Below, piece after piece: positions 1 to 12,499 of a stretch of 64,000 bases of DNA. A model generated the notes under the pieces. The model did no database searches and was not told the DNA's origin. It was given only the letters and a program-made list of their open reading frames with translations. Position 1 is the first letter of the stretch. Every line of letters starts with the position of its first letter. Source of the DNA: Raillietiella orientalis (lineage: Eukaryota); contig JAYWIR010000042.1 of NCBI GenBank assembly GCA_036172245.1, positions 806,001-870,000 on the forward strand, given 5' to 3'. Position numbers and translations under genes: made by a program.

Positions 1-42
1 TGTGGGTGAAGCAGCAGTCTTCTTCTGGTTCGTTTCTCGCAG

Positions 43-250
43 ATCGCTTGGTACCACGTCGATTCTGGGACCGTGCTCAGCGTCAACAACCACTTGCTCA
101 CCCAGGATCCGCGGATCCGCATCCATCACGATAAGCGCCGCACCTGGACCCTGGAGATCACCAACGTGAGCCTTCAGGACAATGGGGAATACATGTGTCA
201 ACTGAACACTCCAGCGGCTGAAAGCCAGTATGCATACGTGAAGGTGGTAG
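43..250 (+). CDS. Gene A (DIP/lachesin-family IgSF), exon for the C-terminal part of Ig1
   Basis: ttctcgcAG acceptor at 41-42 and GTAAG donor at 251. Translates to IAWYHVDSGTVLSVNNHLLTQDPRIRI...TWTLEITNVSLQDNGEYMCQLNTPAAESQYAYVKVV, matching the DIP Ig1 pattern VAW...VIT.NPR...D.G.YMCQ.NT. 208 nt. Confidence 0.93.
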
Positions 251-1202
251 GTAAGAACGGAGTGCTCGCTTTGTCCCTGATTCTTTGGGAATCCTGATTT
301 CCTATGCCCGGAGCCTGTGCTTTCGCGCACCCATGAAACGCAACAAATCGAGCGCGTGTTCTCTGAGAATGAAGTTTTTATTATTTAGATTTACAATTAG
401 ATGGCATATTACAGGGGAGGCTCTTGACAATCTTCCGGAATTCCTACTCTGTTAATCTGGGGAGCTCGTCGCCCCTCAGCATGTCGCTTCATCGCCTTCG
501 TGTTTTTCGTCTTGCTAGAGTTGACCGCTGGGGTTCTGCTGCATCTGTTTGTGGGTACTTCGTGTGACGTGGGCAGCATATAAGTCGCTGGAGTACCGGA
601 TGCACAAAGTCACCATCCGGTATCATCGCCCCAGAGTGTTTTTCTGAAATTCCAAGGTCCTGTAGTACTTCCTCGTTACCTGGATCCCCGGCTTCCAGAG
701 TGCTAATGATGAAAGCATGCATCCTGCACTGCTTTTTCCCCTCTCTGCCTGACAGGAGGGCTACCTAGTATTTTTCCTGTTTGTTCTTCTGGTTGCGCTG
801 AACGCCTATCTTCCACCCTCTTACTGGCAGCAGATGACCAGCACTATCAACCAGTTTCCTTTTTCCATCATTAAGTTCAATCTTAGTAGTTCGTAGGGGT
901 AGTTCGTTCCTGGAGCTCTCTGGATTGTGGTCGCTAGGGTCTACTTTGGTTCACCACTGCGGCCTTGATGATCATCTCTTGAATCGCGTCGTGCCGCACA
1001 ATGGATAGGTGAAAGTTTCTCCTGCATCTGTTCAGTACGTGAGATAACGTTTCGTGTTCTGTCCGGAAGCACCGACAGGCGCGTTCTTCTGCTTTCATCC
1101 TGAAGCTGCTTCTCTACATGCTCGTTCTCACAAGAGACGTGCATGCTCCCATCATTTCCTGGTCAAATAACGCTCAAACCGTCTTCTTCACTGACTCTGC
1201 AG

Positions 1203-1361
1203 ATCCTCCGGATATTGTGGACCGCAAATCCAGCTCAGAGGTCGTCGCTCAGGAGAACGGGAGTGCCAGATTGTTCTGCCGAGCTAGAGGTCACCCGGAA
1301 CCTGTTCTTCATTGGAAGAGAGAGGACGGCAATCAAATCAGGATCAACAGGTCCCATGCAG
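1203..1361 (+). CDS. Gene A exon, Ig2 first half
   Basis: ctctgcAG acceptor, phase-1 join giving DPPDIVDRKSSSEVVAQENGSARLFCRARGHPEPVLHWKREDGNQIRINRSHA, GTGAG donor at 1362. 159 nt. Confidence 0.93.
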
Positions 1362-1949
1362 GTGAGGACCACCAGCACCCCTGGAGCCCCGAAGCTGATA
1401 ACTGCGAGGTCCATTCTCGCAACTTCTTGAGTGGAAGGAAGGTTGCTTCGATAACGACCTTCTTTTTCTCTCGACGGGACATGGGTAGCAAAGTGCAGAG
1501 GGAGTGCAGGGGATCAGGGGAGATACAAAAAAAGTATGCGTGGAGGTATGGGGGACTTCTGTTGAATTGACCAGGAATTCTTGCCGGGAACGCGAGGTGC
1601 CTCTATACTGCTGTTGCCTGTTGCCCACCGCAACCTCTCACGTGAACACCCAATCCTTTCCGCAGCTCGAGTATTCAGGAGTGCATTCGACCTTCTACGT
1701 TCGTCAGTCGTCAGACTCTCCAGGGAAGAAGATTCCCACTATCCTCAAAGAGACGGGGCAAAGGGAAGTGAAAGAAGAGAGAAAAGAAGGATGGGATACT
1801 CTTTCCTATGAGGAAGAAGACAGATAAAAAAGGAAAGGTTCTCCGGATATCCTCATCCTTGCAGCATCCGTCTACTATACCAGTATACCTCCGGCGACTA
1901 AGACAGCTGTCCAACATGAGGATCACTGCATACTCCTCCCTTCGTGAGG

Positions 1950-2990
1950 GACGAAAGGAAACCCTATCAGGGTACATTTGTTTGCTATCGGCAACCTGAC
2001 CGAGACCCTCTGCCACGGACAATCTGGCATGCTGCTTCTTTGCTACACCTTCCGGCTCCCGCTCGGTGGCGAACACGCCCCGATGGACCACGACAGCAGA
2101 AACAGCGAGTGGAGTCCACGGACACTCCTTCTTCCTCGAAAAAGACCTGGAGAGAAATTGAAGGTCTCCCGTTGCTTTTCTCTTTTAGGGAAGAACAGCT
2201 CCAGCCGGAGATGGTCAAGGCGATTGACCCGATGGATGACCAAAGTTGTTCTGAGGAAGGAAGATCTGGGAAGGGTAGATCCCTCTGGTGCGTTTCGGAA
2301 GCAAGTCGATGCTGCCGTGCACCTCCCCAGCCTGGGCTGTCCGAGTAGAAAAGGGTTCTGCCTGCGGTGCCGTGGCGCTCACGACGAGATCGCAAGGCCA
2401 TCTTGGGGAGCTGAGAAGAGGGTTCGCAAGCAGGTGGCGGGTAAACGAAGGTGGAGTGGGCTTGGACAGCGTTGCCTAGGGGACGCCGCCAGGATGCGTG
2501 GGGTGGGTTTTCGGGATGCCTCGCGTGGCGGAGCGCCAACGATACCGTCTCTTCTCTGAACCAGTTATCGGAAGTCACTTCTTCAGCGACTGCTTGACCA
2601 TCTTCGGTTCTCGGCTGTCTCAATCTTCATCATACTTCACTAAGGGACGGATAGCTCAGGCCGGAGCGGATAGCCTATACTGGAAATTATTTCTCAACGA
2701 CACTGAAAAACCGCCTCTTCCTTTTTCTGGAAGCAAAGTAGCGCTCGAAGAGGGTGCCTCCGGAAACTGTCCTCTCCTCTCGAAATCGCCAGAGAGCTCA
2801 TGGTCATGGTCCTCCCCCCTGTTCCCCTTGAGAAAGGGGTGAAGCGTAGTGTATTCCACTCCGCTCTGATGAATGCTCCTGGAAGGACGCTGCTTGAAAG
2901 GACCCTTTCCCTCCTCTTTATCAAGGGGCCCCACTATTTGCTCAGAAATTCCATATTGCTTGGGATGGCAAAAAAAAGTTTCTGCAGCAG
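1950..2990 (+). mobile_element. Possible decayed Ty3/gypsy gag-protease fragment in a gene A intron
   Basis: Degenerate zinc-knuckle-like RKGFCLRCRGAHDEIARP (~2345-2400) and protease-C-terminus-like SILLGM (~2950-2970). Motifs are weak and boundaries approximate. Confidence 0.3.
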
Positions 2991-3181
2991 AAGATGTTTC
3001 AGATGGTTGCCCTTTCTCGCCCGTAACTCCCTCGGCCTTTCTGCATCTTTTTCCTCCTTCCGCCATTCCCCACGTCGGGCCGCAGTACCCCTCTTAGCGT
3101 TCACGTGGGTTCAGATGCGCTCATTCACCTTTCCCTTCTCATCTGCTACTCTGAAGAGAGTTCATCCCTCCTTCCAATCAG

Positions 3182-3310
3182 CAAATGTGGTACATGGTGA
3201 GATGCTGATGCTGCAGGAGGTCAACCGAAAGGATGCTGGGATCTACCTTTGCGTGGCCACCAATGGAGTGCCACCTTCCGTCAGCAAGAGAGTGTTCCTG
3301 AAGGTGCTGG
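3182..3310 (+). CDS. Gene A exon, Ig2 second half
   Basis: AG at 3180-3181. Translates to ANVVHGEMLMLQEVNRKDAGIYLCVATNGVPPSVSKRVFLKVL, containing the DIP/lachesin hallmark YLC.A.NGVPP.VSKR. GTGAG donor at 3311. 129 nt. Confidence 0.95.
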
Positions 3311-3420
3311 GTGAGTATTTCAGCCAACGATCCCTTCCACTGCTCTTCTCCGCATATCTGAGGTCGCAGGAGCGAATGGAGACCGGTGGGAAGAGACGAC
3401 TCGTAACTGCAAGCTTCCAG

Positions 3421-3717
3421 TTCCTCTGACTGTGGCCGCACCGCACCGCATCGTGGGTGCCCCTCTGGGGTCGGATGTGACCCTGAGCTGTTTCGTGGAA
3501 GGGTGCCCCAGTCCTCTCACGCTGTGGATGAAGGATGGCCTCAGGGTGCCGGAAACCGAACTGCCGTATCGAGTCGACAGGACGGAGAACCCCTTGAATC
3601 CCTACCAGCTGTTGCTGTCGCTCTCCATCCAGACCATCCAGAAGCAACACTACGGAATCTACATCTGCGTGGCTCACGATACGCGCACGTGGGTCCAGGA
3701 GAGCGTCACTCTACATC
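3421..3717 (+). CDS. Gene A exon, Ig3
   Basis: cttccAG acceptor. Translates to VPLTVAAPHRIVGAPLGSDVTLSCFVEGCPSPLTLWMKDG...LSIQTIQKQHYGIYICVAHDTRTWVQESVTLH. GTAAGT donor at 3718. The terminal exon was not identified. Confidence 0.92.
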
Positions 3718-6499
3718 GTAAGTAAAGGGTGGTGATGGAAATGACATCTGCCCATCCTTGTCCCTCCCTTCTTCCTCATCTCCATCATCTTTGCTGCTAA
3801 CCAAAGGGTTCCAGACTCAGCAAGCCGCGTTTCAGTGTTCTCTCAAAAGCGAGAGGGAACGGCAGTGGCGCTCTCGCCGGAGGCGCTGACTGCACATTAC
3901 TTCTCCGTTAAGGGCATTTGTCTCATCCGTAGCGACGCCTACTCGATCCACACCGCCTTGCCTTGGCCTACATTTCAGCCATGGAGTGTCCCTCTCCGGT
4001 ACACTGGGAGCGATTGCCGAGGACGCAAGACACCCTTGCTTTCTTGTATGTTGCCTTGTGCAACCTTTCTCGTGAGCATTCGATCACGAGAAAGGATGAG
4101 CGAGAGTAGAGGGAGAAAGGGTGAGCCACTTCTTTACCTGAGGAGGAAAGAATGAGTGCTTGGCCCAGCCTTCTGCAGCTTCCAAGGCAACAGGTCTCGC
4201 CTTGATGCTCCAGAGTCACTGCCAAAAGAGCTGACTATCCCGGAAGCACAATAATTACAGATTTGCTGGAGCACCTAAATTTTTCCTGTTTGTCCTTCAG
4301 AGGATAGCCTTGGAAGATTCTGAGGAAGAGAGGTGGCAAAGCCTCTTTTCCAAGAAGGAAATGCCATTCTTCTGCAGCACGTCAGTGAGGATCCTATGTA
4401 ACGAAGGGAGAGACGATGGTCCCCGCTGGGTGGTCGCGCTCCGAAAACATTAGTCGCCTCAAAGAGCCCGAGAGGGGAAGACGGTTCTCTCGGGAGCTGC
4501 AGCCTCGAGAAAAACTCGCAATCGTCGGGGCATGCAGGACCCGCGAAAAACATTCTTGAAGACCATTAGAGTGACTTCTTTAGCTGAGGAAGAAAGAAGG
4601 GACGCAACCCAGAGCAGAGGCGTCCTTTCCCATAGGGGAAAAAAATGAAATCGGAGATCGTCCTTCACCACAGAGGACACTGGAATTCCCACTGGATACT
4701 AGGAAGACACAGAAAAAATTTCGGAGGAAGATGGTTCCTGGTCGTCGACTGTCTTCCTGCCTTCCTTATCCTTCTCTTTTTTTAGCTTTTTTAGCCTCGC
4801 TGCTAACTTCCTCCTGCTCCTCCTGGTTTCCTCCTCTGCCGCCTTTCCTTTTGCCGGCTGGCTATTTCGCTGCCTGAAGAACGCGACGGGGATTCATTTT
4901 GGGCGAGGAGCCAAGGGAAGCGTTGCATTATCATCGGCAGGAACATCTGCTCGGCTGGTGGGACAGGATATGTGAGGAATCATGGAGGCCCTAGCAGAAG
5001 CTTGATATTCAGAAACTGCCTTCAAAGGCAGCGGATGGTGCCATCAGACTGCAAGAAAAGACCCCTCACACTCCTTTTGAGAGTGGCGCCTGAAGGAGCG
5101 CCACAAAGTGTCAGTGTGACAGGAGCTCTCCTGGAAGCTGTCACATCGCCTGAGATCTCAGGATCAGCAAACGCTCTCGTAAAGGCGAGAAACTTGACCA
5201 CGGGAGCTCCTACCTAAAAAGTGAGATTTCGGTTCGCTGCATAGCGGATAGGACAGTGTCGAACTTATTAGGTAACAAACTCCCAATTTCTTGCCACTTT
5301 CTTAGGTTTTGCCTTCCCCTAAGACTCATTGTCATTGGCAGGAGGCGCTCAAGGTGCTCTCTCAGGGTATTCTTGTGTTTCATTTTCTTTCTGGAAGGAC
5401 CTCGCTTAGAATGGGCTTTCTTTCTCCCTAGGGGATTCAGTAGAGTAGAAATAAGGGATTTCTTGATTTTCCATGAGTGCAACATTGCTCAGCTGGTGCC
5501 TCTGTTTCTGGTCTAGAGGGATGGACCGCAGAGGCAACACTTCCTGGACGGCGTTAGGATCAAAAACTGAACTTCTATAGAGAGGGAGCCCGTCCAAGAC
5601 AACGGTTGTTGGGCAGAAGGAATCTGTGGTCTGAAAGCACTGCTGCATCAGCTCTTGTGCCTTTCTAGAATTCAAGGATAGCTGTTAATAAGTTCCAGTA
5701 AATTTACGATAGATCGTGACCTTCCTGGGATCCTGGATTACTTTTTGATCTCTTGGAAGCTTCATTCTCTTCTAAACTATTCCTCTGGGAAACTAGAAAG
5801 AAGAGATACTGGATGAGTCCATAAGATCTCAGTGAAACCGTCTCTCAAGTTAGCATCTTTCTTCAGCGCCACTGGAGCTCTGCAGACGGGGCGGTGCCCC
5901 GAAATTCATTTGCCCTCCGGCAGAAGCTTCCCATCGTGTCCTCAAATTCTCACATTAAGAATTCAGCAGTCTTCTTTGTAGAGGCTGAAAGCTTCTCTTG
6001 GCCTCTTCTGCCTTCTTCACTACGCTTGTGTTGTCCAGCAGAGGGCCAAACAATGCATCCCCTTCACTGCCCACTGCAGACGTAGAGCTGACTCGTGCAC
6101 TCCACACAGTGTTCTGTGAATGTTCACCTTGACCAGCATCACTTCGAGAGCTGAGCTTGTGGACTTCACTCCCTCCGGAGCCATTTTATGCTATGGCTCT
6201 TCTGGTACGGGGCACTCCTGGAATTGTCTCGCAGGGACTCTTCGGAGAGTCATTGCGTACGCTGGGATGCTTCTGATCTGTCACAAAAGGATCCTGGAAT
6301 AGAACATCACCGAGTACAGCTGCTCTTCTGGAGATCCTTTAGTTCTCTGACCCCTATTCGGCTCTCCCCTGTCCACTGTGATTCACGAGGCAGCGTTCCC
6401 TGGCGATGAATCGAGTTTTCAGAAGTGACTCTAGGAGAGTTCGTGCTTTGCAGGAAGAGAGAGCATCTCGGTCTAACCATCGGCAGGTTTCCTGCAGTG

Positions 6500-9350
6500 G
6501 CTCCGTCTGACTTTCTCTGGTGCTCACAGCTCCACACGCTGACCTAGCAACGCTCCCCAGTGCATCTCACACTGGACGCGGGATCACGACCAATCCCTCG
6601 CTCTAAGAGCTCAAGCACCGGAAGGAGCCGGCGTTTGTGCCAGATATGCACAGGTTCCGGAAGAAATCTTGCGGATTTCGTTTCTATGGAAGTCGAGGAA
6701 AGTTGGGAAATGTCGCAACCCGAACACCTCCTTGGGACGGCGCCTTCGATTCTCGAGGACCTGTGCCATTCAGAGGTCGCTTCTCATTCCGTGATGCGAG
6801 ACCTCAGTCAGGGGACTATCAGCACCGTATCCGCGGAAAGTATGAGCGTTCAGAAAAGACCTCTTCGGAAATTGGCTACTTTGGAACCTGGCAACCTGGC
6901 CCTTCCTACCACCCTCCTTCACGATGGGCAATGCACTTGGACACTCGCGACTGATCGTTGTGTTCATTCAGGGTACCATGAAAGCAAAGTCACAACCAGA
7001 GCCGTCTTCGCGCACTCGCGGAGCTTCCTAGTGCAGGAACACGACCTCCTTTTTACTAAGGACAGCGGTAAGTAGACGAATTGGGCTTTTCTCTTCCTCA
7101 ACCGGAAGCGTCTTCCTTCCTCTGTAGCCCAGGAGCCTTGGAACGTTGGCGTTCTCTTTCCAGTGGTCATTCTGCACGCTATCAATGCCTGAGGACCACG
7201 GTTTACGAACTCTCCAGCTTCCTCAGAACTTTCTACCACAGCTCTTCCGAAGAAGGAAGAAGAAGAGCTTTAGTGACGTTTCCTACCTTTCCCACCAGTG
7301 GCTTTGCTCTGAAGTGTGGTATGCCCCTGGAATTGAGTAGATTTCAAACAAGTGATGCTGGTGGTCGGTGAGAATGAAATTCAATAAACTTTTGGTGACT
7401 CCGTCGTCCGCAGATGCCCAAAGGGTAGGTATGGGTGCGCAAGAGTTTGTTCTCTCACTGACCCTGTTGAAATCTTGTTTTCTGCTTTTCTTTCAAAGAC
7501 CTCAGTCGCTCTGCCGTAGAGGTTCATGGGCGAGATTTTGTATCATGCTGCACCTACTGCCTCGCTTGGAACTTTGTCAATAATGTCGAGGAACAAGGGC
7601 AAAGGTCGTGGAAGGTCATCCTCACGATTATATGATCCTTCTGAATGAACAGGAAGGATTTCTGAGTGTTTCGCCTTCTAGGATGGTCCTCCCTTGGGTA
7701 AAAACAAGGTGCTAAACATGGATATGTCTACCCGTTGCTTGAACCGATGTGGGTGTTCTGACTTCCTGCTCTCACGTGTGAGAGACTCCATGCTGTGAAC
7801 TGACACTCTACATAAGGTCCCATCAGATGTCCTGCTAGCTGACCTCTTCGTTAAAACCACTCCCTTTGAGACGTGACCCCAGAGAGAGAATCTTCCAGAC
7901 ACAGGGAGAGAAGGAATAGGATTGCAATAGGAATCTCTTCTTCTTCGTAGATGTAGATTCTTCCAGGTTTTCGATTTCTTAGAACGTTGCTAGCCTCGCC
8001 CTTCAGCGGTGCCACAGCACTGGTGGTACACTAGGGTCTTCTCAGCTCCAATATGGAAGTTCCTCTAGATACCAGCGCAGGTGCGATAAGACAGATAAGA
8101 AAGAAGAGGAAAGGAGGGAGGAGGAAGCGAAAGGAGAAGCAGGAACCCCAGAGACTTCTTGTTCCACAATGGTCTTCGTACCCTCTGAGAGACGGAAAGG
8201 AAAGGAGGAACCTCAGCCTCCCTTTTCCTTCCTGTCTATGAAGTTACTGGAATTTGAGTTTAAGATGAAAGTCAATTCCAGAGACGAAGAGACAGCTTGG
8301 GGAGGAAATGAGACCTCGGTTCCCTACAGAGAGGATGTGCGAGCCCCACTTTCCGAGCTATAGACGAGGAAGGTAGGTAAATTACAAGAGAATAAGACAT
8401 GCAGGGTACCTTAAAAAGAATCGTTTCTTCTCTTCCTTCTGAAGACAAGGGGGTGCTACTGGGAATTTGCAAGACACGTTATTCATTACCGCAAGTAGGT
8501 AGCACAGGGTGGTGGTTAGGGTAGGAGGGAGTCTCCACTGCCCTGAGGCTTGCGTTGGGATGCTTCAACGATCGCTGAATATGAGCTCACAGTTCCCTTG
8601 TGCGCGCTCACCTTCCGGTGTTAAAGCTACGCTCCTTTTCCCAACTCCTCTGTACCCCAACAACACTGGAGCCATGGCCTCGGCGAAATCGGATGTCTTG
8701 AACGCTGACTTCCGCCTCGATGTGAACGCCCGTGAGCTGCTTCCGGTCATAGGAGACCGACCTTCATCGTAGACTTGAGCCGAAAGCCACAGCACCTCAG
8801 AATGAGGACCTGACCTGCGGTTTGACCGAAGGTTCCCGAACAGTGTGGGAGACAGGAACAGGAACATGTCGAGTGCTCACGCCATCTTTCATAGCGGTGG
8901 CTAACTTTTCAAGAGAGGTGATGAGCTGAGGCCGAAGGAAAGGTGGGAAGTGCATTTCTTTTTTGGATGGAGCGTGGTCGGCTGCTTGAGCTATCAGCGA
9001 GTAACAAATGGAGAATTCGTGGGCTGGCTTGGCGCCCGAGAACATGCTCACAGCTGACCCCGTCAGACAAGGGAAAGGGTGGAGGACTCTCACCTAGGTA
9101 TCGCGTGCGACCTCTCTCCAGCAATCGTGGAGGAAGGTCTTCCCACATTTTGCTGACTCCGTGTCAGACTCAGGTTCCTGGTAAGGAAGGTCACCCTCTC
9201 AGGTCCCAGACTTCAGAATGGGCCAGAGGTGTTCGTACTGAACACCCGAATGCATTCTCTGGGGAAACCTGACCATGAGTCCTATTCCCCGCAAGCGCAC
9301 AGCTCTTCCCGAGTTCCCTTTGCTGGGAAAGCTTCTCCCTCCGGACAGAA
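6500..9350 (-). mobile_element. Decayed Ty3/gypsy LTR retrotransposon gag-pol fossil
   Basis: Colinear, frameshifted motif remnants on the - strand in gypsy order: knuckle-like CACGE...REC (~9250-9300); protease LLLADSSSS..SI (~8990) and VLLG (~8660); RT GLAHP..EPRSHFLPK..RLW/IDF (~8270-8350), LPY/GA (~8055), LEE/IYIY (~7950) and FSLWGHVSKGV (~7860-7890); RNase H FILTDHQ (~7365) and GKVGNVTKAL (~7270-7295); integrase KT...WYP/MNTTI...CP (~6925-7010). No intact ORF and no LTR pair recognised. Confidence 0.68.
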
Positions 9351-10749
9351 GAAGCAGGCAACGCTAAGAGAAGCTCCTGCTTATCCTCCGAGCGGGAGGT
9401 AGACGGTTGTTGTGGGCAACCTCGACGACGACTCTGGAAGAGGGACAGGTCTCCTTCCTTTAGCTTCTTTCAGCCACGCGAATCCTTTTCGTGCCTATTG
9501 GAAGGACAGGGATGAATCTGAAAGGAATCCGCGAATGGTAGGCCTGTCTTCTGACACTGCCGCCCCATGTGGCAGCACGTGTGCACCACGAAGGAATGAC
9601 CTTTCTTCATTGATGCAGCGCGCACCACATGGAGCTTTCAAAACCGGTGAGGGGATGACTTGCTTTTATTGCAGGTTGCTACAGTTTAGTTAGAACAATG
9701 CTAACAAAAAGCATCATGAGCGAATGGTGCTGTTGCTAGCTGGAGAAAAACACATACTCCAGGGCTTCCACAGCCTCTTAAGACATCGAGGAATTTCAGA
9801 TCAGGGAACAGATCGGCGGTGGGGGAGAGGGCAGGCAGAGTAACTTCGTTTCGAAGAAGCTGACAGGGGAAAGCTTCAGTGACATCTGAATGTGCTGCAC
9901 TTCCTCAGTATCCGCCTGCTGGAGCACTTGCAAGAACGGTGAATAAAGATGCTCATTTTGAAGGCTCATCGAAAGGAAAAGTCCTCATTCATTCTGATTC
10001 AGTTATGATGACATGCACAGTGGCAACTAAGATGTTTGGTTATACTGAACGATGTTCAAGATTGTCCACGATACATTCTCCGCAGCATCGTGCCCTTCAT
10101 GAATTGAAGCGTGAGCTTTGTCGCAAAAGATGTTCGTTTTTCCACTCATCATTCGTTTTTAAAGGACTCTAGAGGACAAAAATAAAGGGAATGAGGAGGA
10201 GGGAGAAATGGTGTCCTTTTCTTATCTTCAGAACACTTTCGCTCTCAATGCAAAGATTGCAGTCAATGCTGGAACCAAAGGGGTACTTCCTCTGCAGCAG
10301 AAACTAATTGCTAAAATAAAGAAAGTTGCAGACTTTTGCACCGAGCTTGAAAATAGATCATCTCATGAAATCACAGCATAGTAGCAAGGATTTTGAGGAC
10401 CCGGCTAGAAGAGTGGAACAGCGACTCATTAGTGGAGGAAAGAGATCCTCCGTGGTGCAAAGATGAATCGTGAGGTGTCTCTGTCAAAGTCGGCTCATGC
10501 GCGCTCTCTGCTTAACTGCGTGCGCGCATTGAGCGCGCACGGGCTGTTTTGTAAATTAACCGACTTTCTCATCATTTATGAAATCCTCATGGCGATCCGT
10601 TCCGGTTGCCATGAACAACCAAACTGCGTACGTTTCGACCACGCCGAAACCAGAGGGCATCCCAAGCATTTCATCAACGCCTTCGGTTCTTTAAGATCAG
10701 CAGCGGGCGAACTCAGCCGAATTCACGCTCCCAACGCCGATGGGTGTTT

Positions 10750-10856
10750 CTATCGCTGCTCCTTTGGATAACACGCGATTCGCGCAGCTCTATTCACTCG
10801 TGGCACGAATGACCCCTGGCTCCTTTGCTTTAACGCGGCAAAAAGACAACCTGTTT
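10750..10856 (-). CDS. Gene B tentative terminal exon
   Basis: cactatAG acceptor gives a 65-nt intron and an in-phase reading ETGCLFAALKQRSQGSFVPRVNRAARIACYPKEQR* (TAG at 10750-10752). No homology support. Confidence 0.25.
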
Positions 10857-10921
10857 CTATAGTGCAAGATGCTTCCGCCTCTTCAGTTACGAGGAAGCTT
10901 CCGAACATTCCTTTTGCTTAC

Positions 10922-10978
10922 CTGAGGCGCTTCGTTGCCAGGAAACCAAACTTCCGGATTGGGAAGTTCGCTCGTGCA
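10922..10978 (-). CDS. Gene B tentative short post-Ig3 exon
   Basis: catttcAG acceptor after a 48-nt intron and CAG|GTAAG donor. 57 nt, phase 1-1, open reading (MHERTSQSGSLVSWQRSAS). Confidence 0.45.
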
Positions 10979-11026
10979 CTGAAATGCAGCATTTTACGAC
11001 AGTCGTTGTGTAAACAAACAGCTTAC

Positions 11027-11326
11027 TGTAGACGTTGATGCTGCCTTTTCCCACTCCTTGCACATTTTTGGCGATGCATTCATATGCACCGGAATCTCGC
11101 TCGCTAAATATGACTATCGTCAGCCTCAGATCCATGCGGTATGAGTATTTGGCTCCAGAAGTGAAAGATTTGACCGTGTACCTGCCGCTGCTCACTACGA
11201 CGTCGCCTTCCGGGTTCTTCCAGTAGTTCCGTGATAATGGGTAGGCTTCGATTTTGCACTCCAGGGTGACGTTGTCCCCGTTCTGCACAGCTACGAGCTG
11301 GTGAGTCGTGTACACGGAAGGAGCAA
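11027..11326 (-). CDS. Gene B (DIP/lachesin-family IgSF) exon, Ig3
   Basis: ttgtacAG acceptor. Translates to FAPSVYTTHQLVAVQNGDNVTLECKIEAYPLSRNYW...LTIVIFSERDSGAYECIAKNVQGVGKGSINVY, matching DIP Ig3 VTLEC..EAYP...NYW and Y.C.AKN..G...G.I..Y. GTAAG donor. Confidence 0.95.
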
Positions 11327-12499
11327 CTGTACAAGAACTCATAAGTGCACAAGTATGGCAAACAGTTTTTTTTTTTTTTTTTTTCTTCTTTCAAGTCAGT
11401 CAGTCAACTTTCGATTTCTTTTCCGCAGTCCGCTACGACAAATATGATTTCGACTCATCCAACAGATGCAATCCGGAAATGGAAAACTAGGATGCAAGAT
11501 GTTTGCAGAGGTGGATCTTCCCTTCATCATCATTTTCCCTTGGCCCGTGAAGTGTACACAAGGGTGCGTCACTACGAATTTCTTTCATCCTAGAGATCCC
11601 ATCCCCAGCATACTACTGTCATGAGGATATCATGTACTTCCACTTAATGAAAATATATGATGTTCCACTGTGATGGATCCGGTGTCAGTAGTCAAAACAG
11701 CTGCAGCGAGAGAAGAAACGAACATTCCCATCTCACCTTAAACACGTATTGATTGCATGCTGAAGTGTCGTATGCCTTCCTTATACTACACTTTGACTAA
11801 CATTTCGAGCAGAATCCTCGGCACCGCAAGAATCACAGGAATGCTGTGCACTCCGCCCACCGCATGTACATGCCACGTATCGATCATTCCAGAAATTGGA
11901 GAATTTCAAACGCAGGAAGAGGTACTCCGAGGGACGGTCTTCCGAGATGAAAAGAGCAACTTATAGAATGTGCTCGTCTTCAAGACTTCAACAGGCAAAG
12001 TCGGTGATGTTCTTTGCTTAACGCCGTTTTAGATGCTCTTGTCGTTTTCTTGCGGAGGTTACTTGTTTTTTGTCGTTGCTGTTCCTATAGTAAACTTCAG
12101 AACTTTGCTGTGGAGGATGAAAATTCATCCGCAGTAGCTGCAATTTGTGAACTGCTACAAACTCGCACTAGGTAGTTGAACAGGTGGCACCGCTGATAGA
12201 TAACTCGGGAGTCCACTTGGAAAATTCCTCCTTTTCAAGTTCCGCAACTCGAGCTCCATCTCTTGAGAGTTCCGGAATGCATTGCTGGCTCTTCCGACCA
12301 TTGCTGTTGCTCCTCATGCAGACGATAAAGTTCATTTTTCACTTCGCATTTGGATCCCCGCTGGAGATTTGCTTTCTCCTCTATTTTTCAACTGGCCATT
12401 TCTAGAAGCAGAATTGTACATGAGATCTTTGCATTCGGTGTTTTCTCCGTACGATGCGATACAGCAGCCTTTTTGATTTGCCATGTCTTCGAAACTGTT

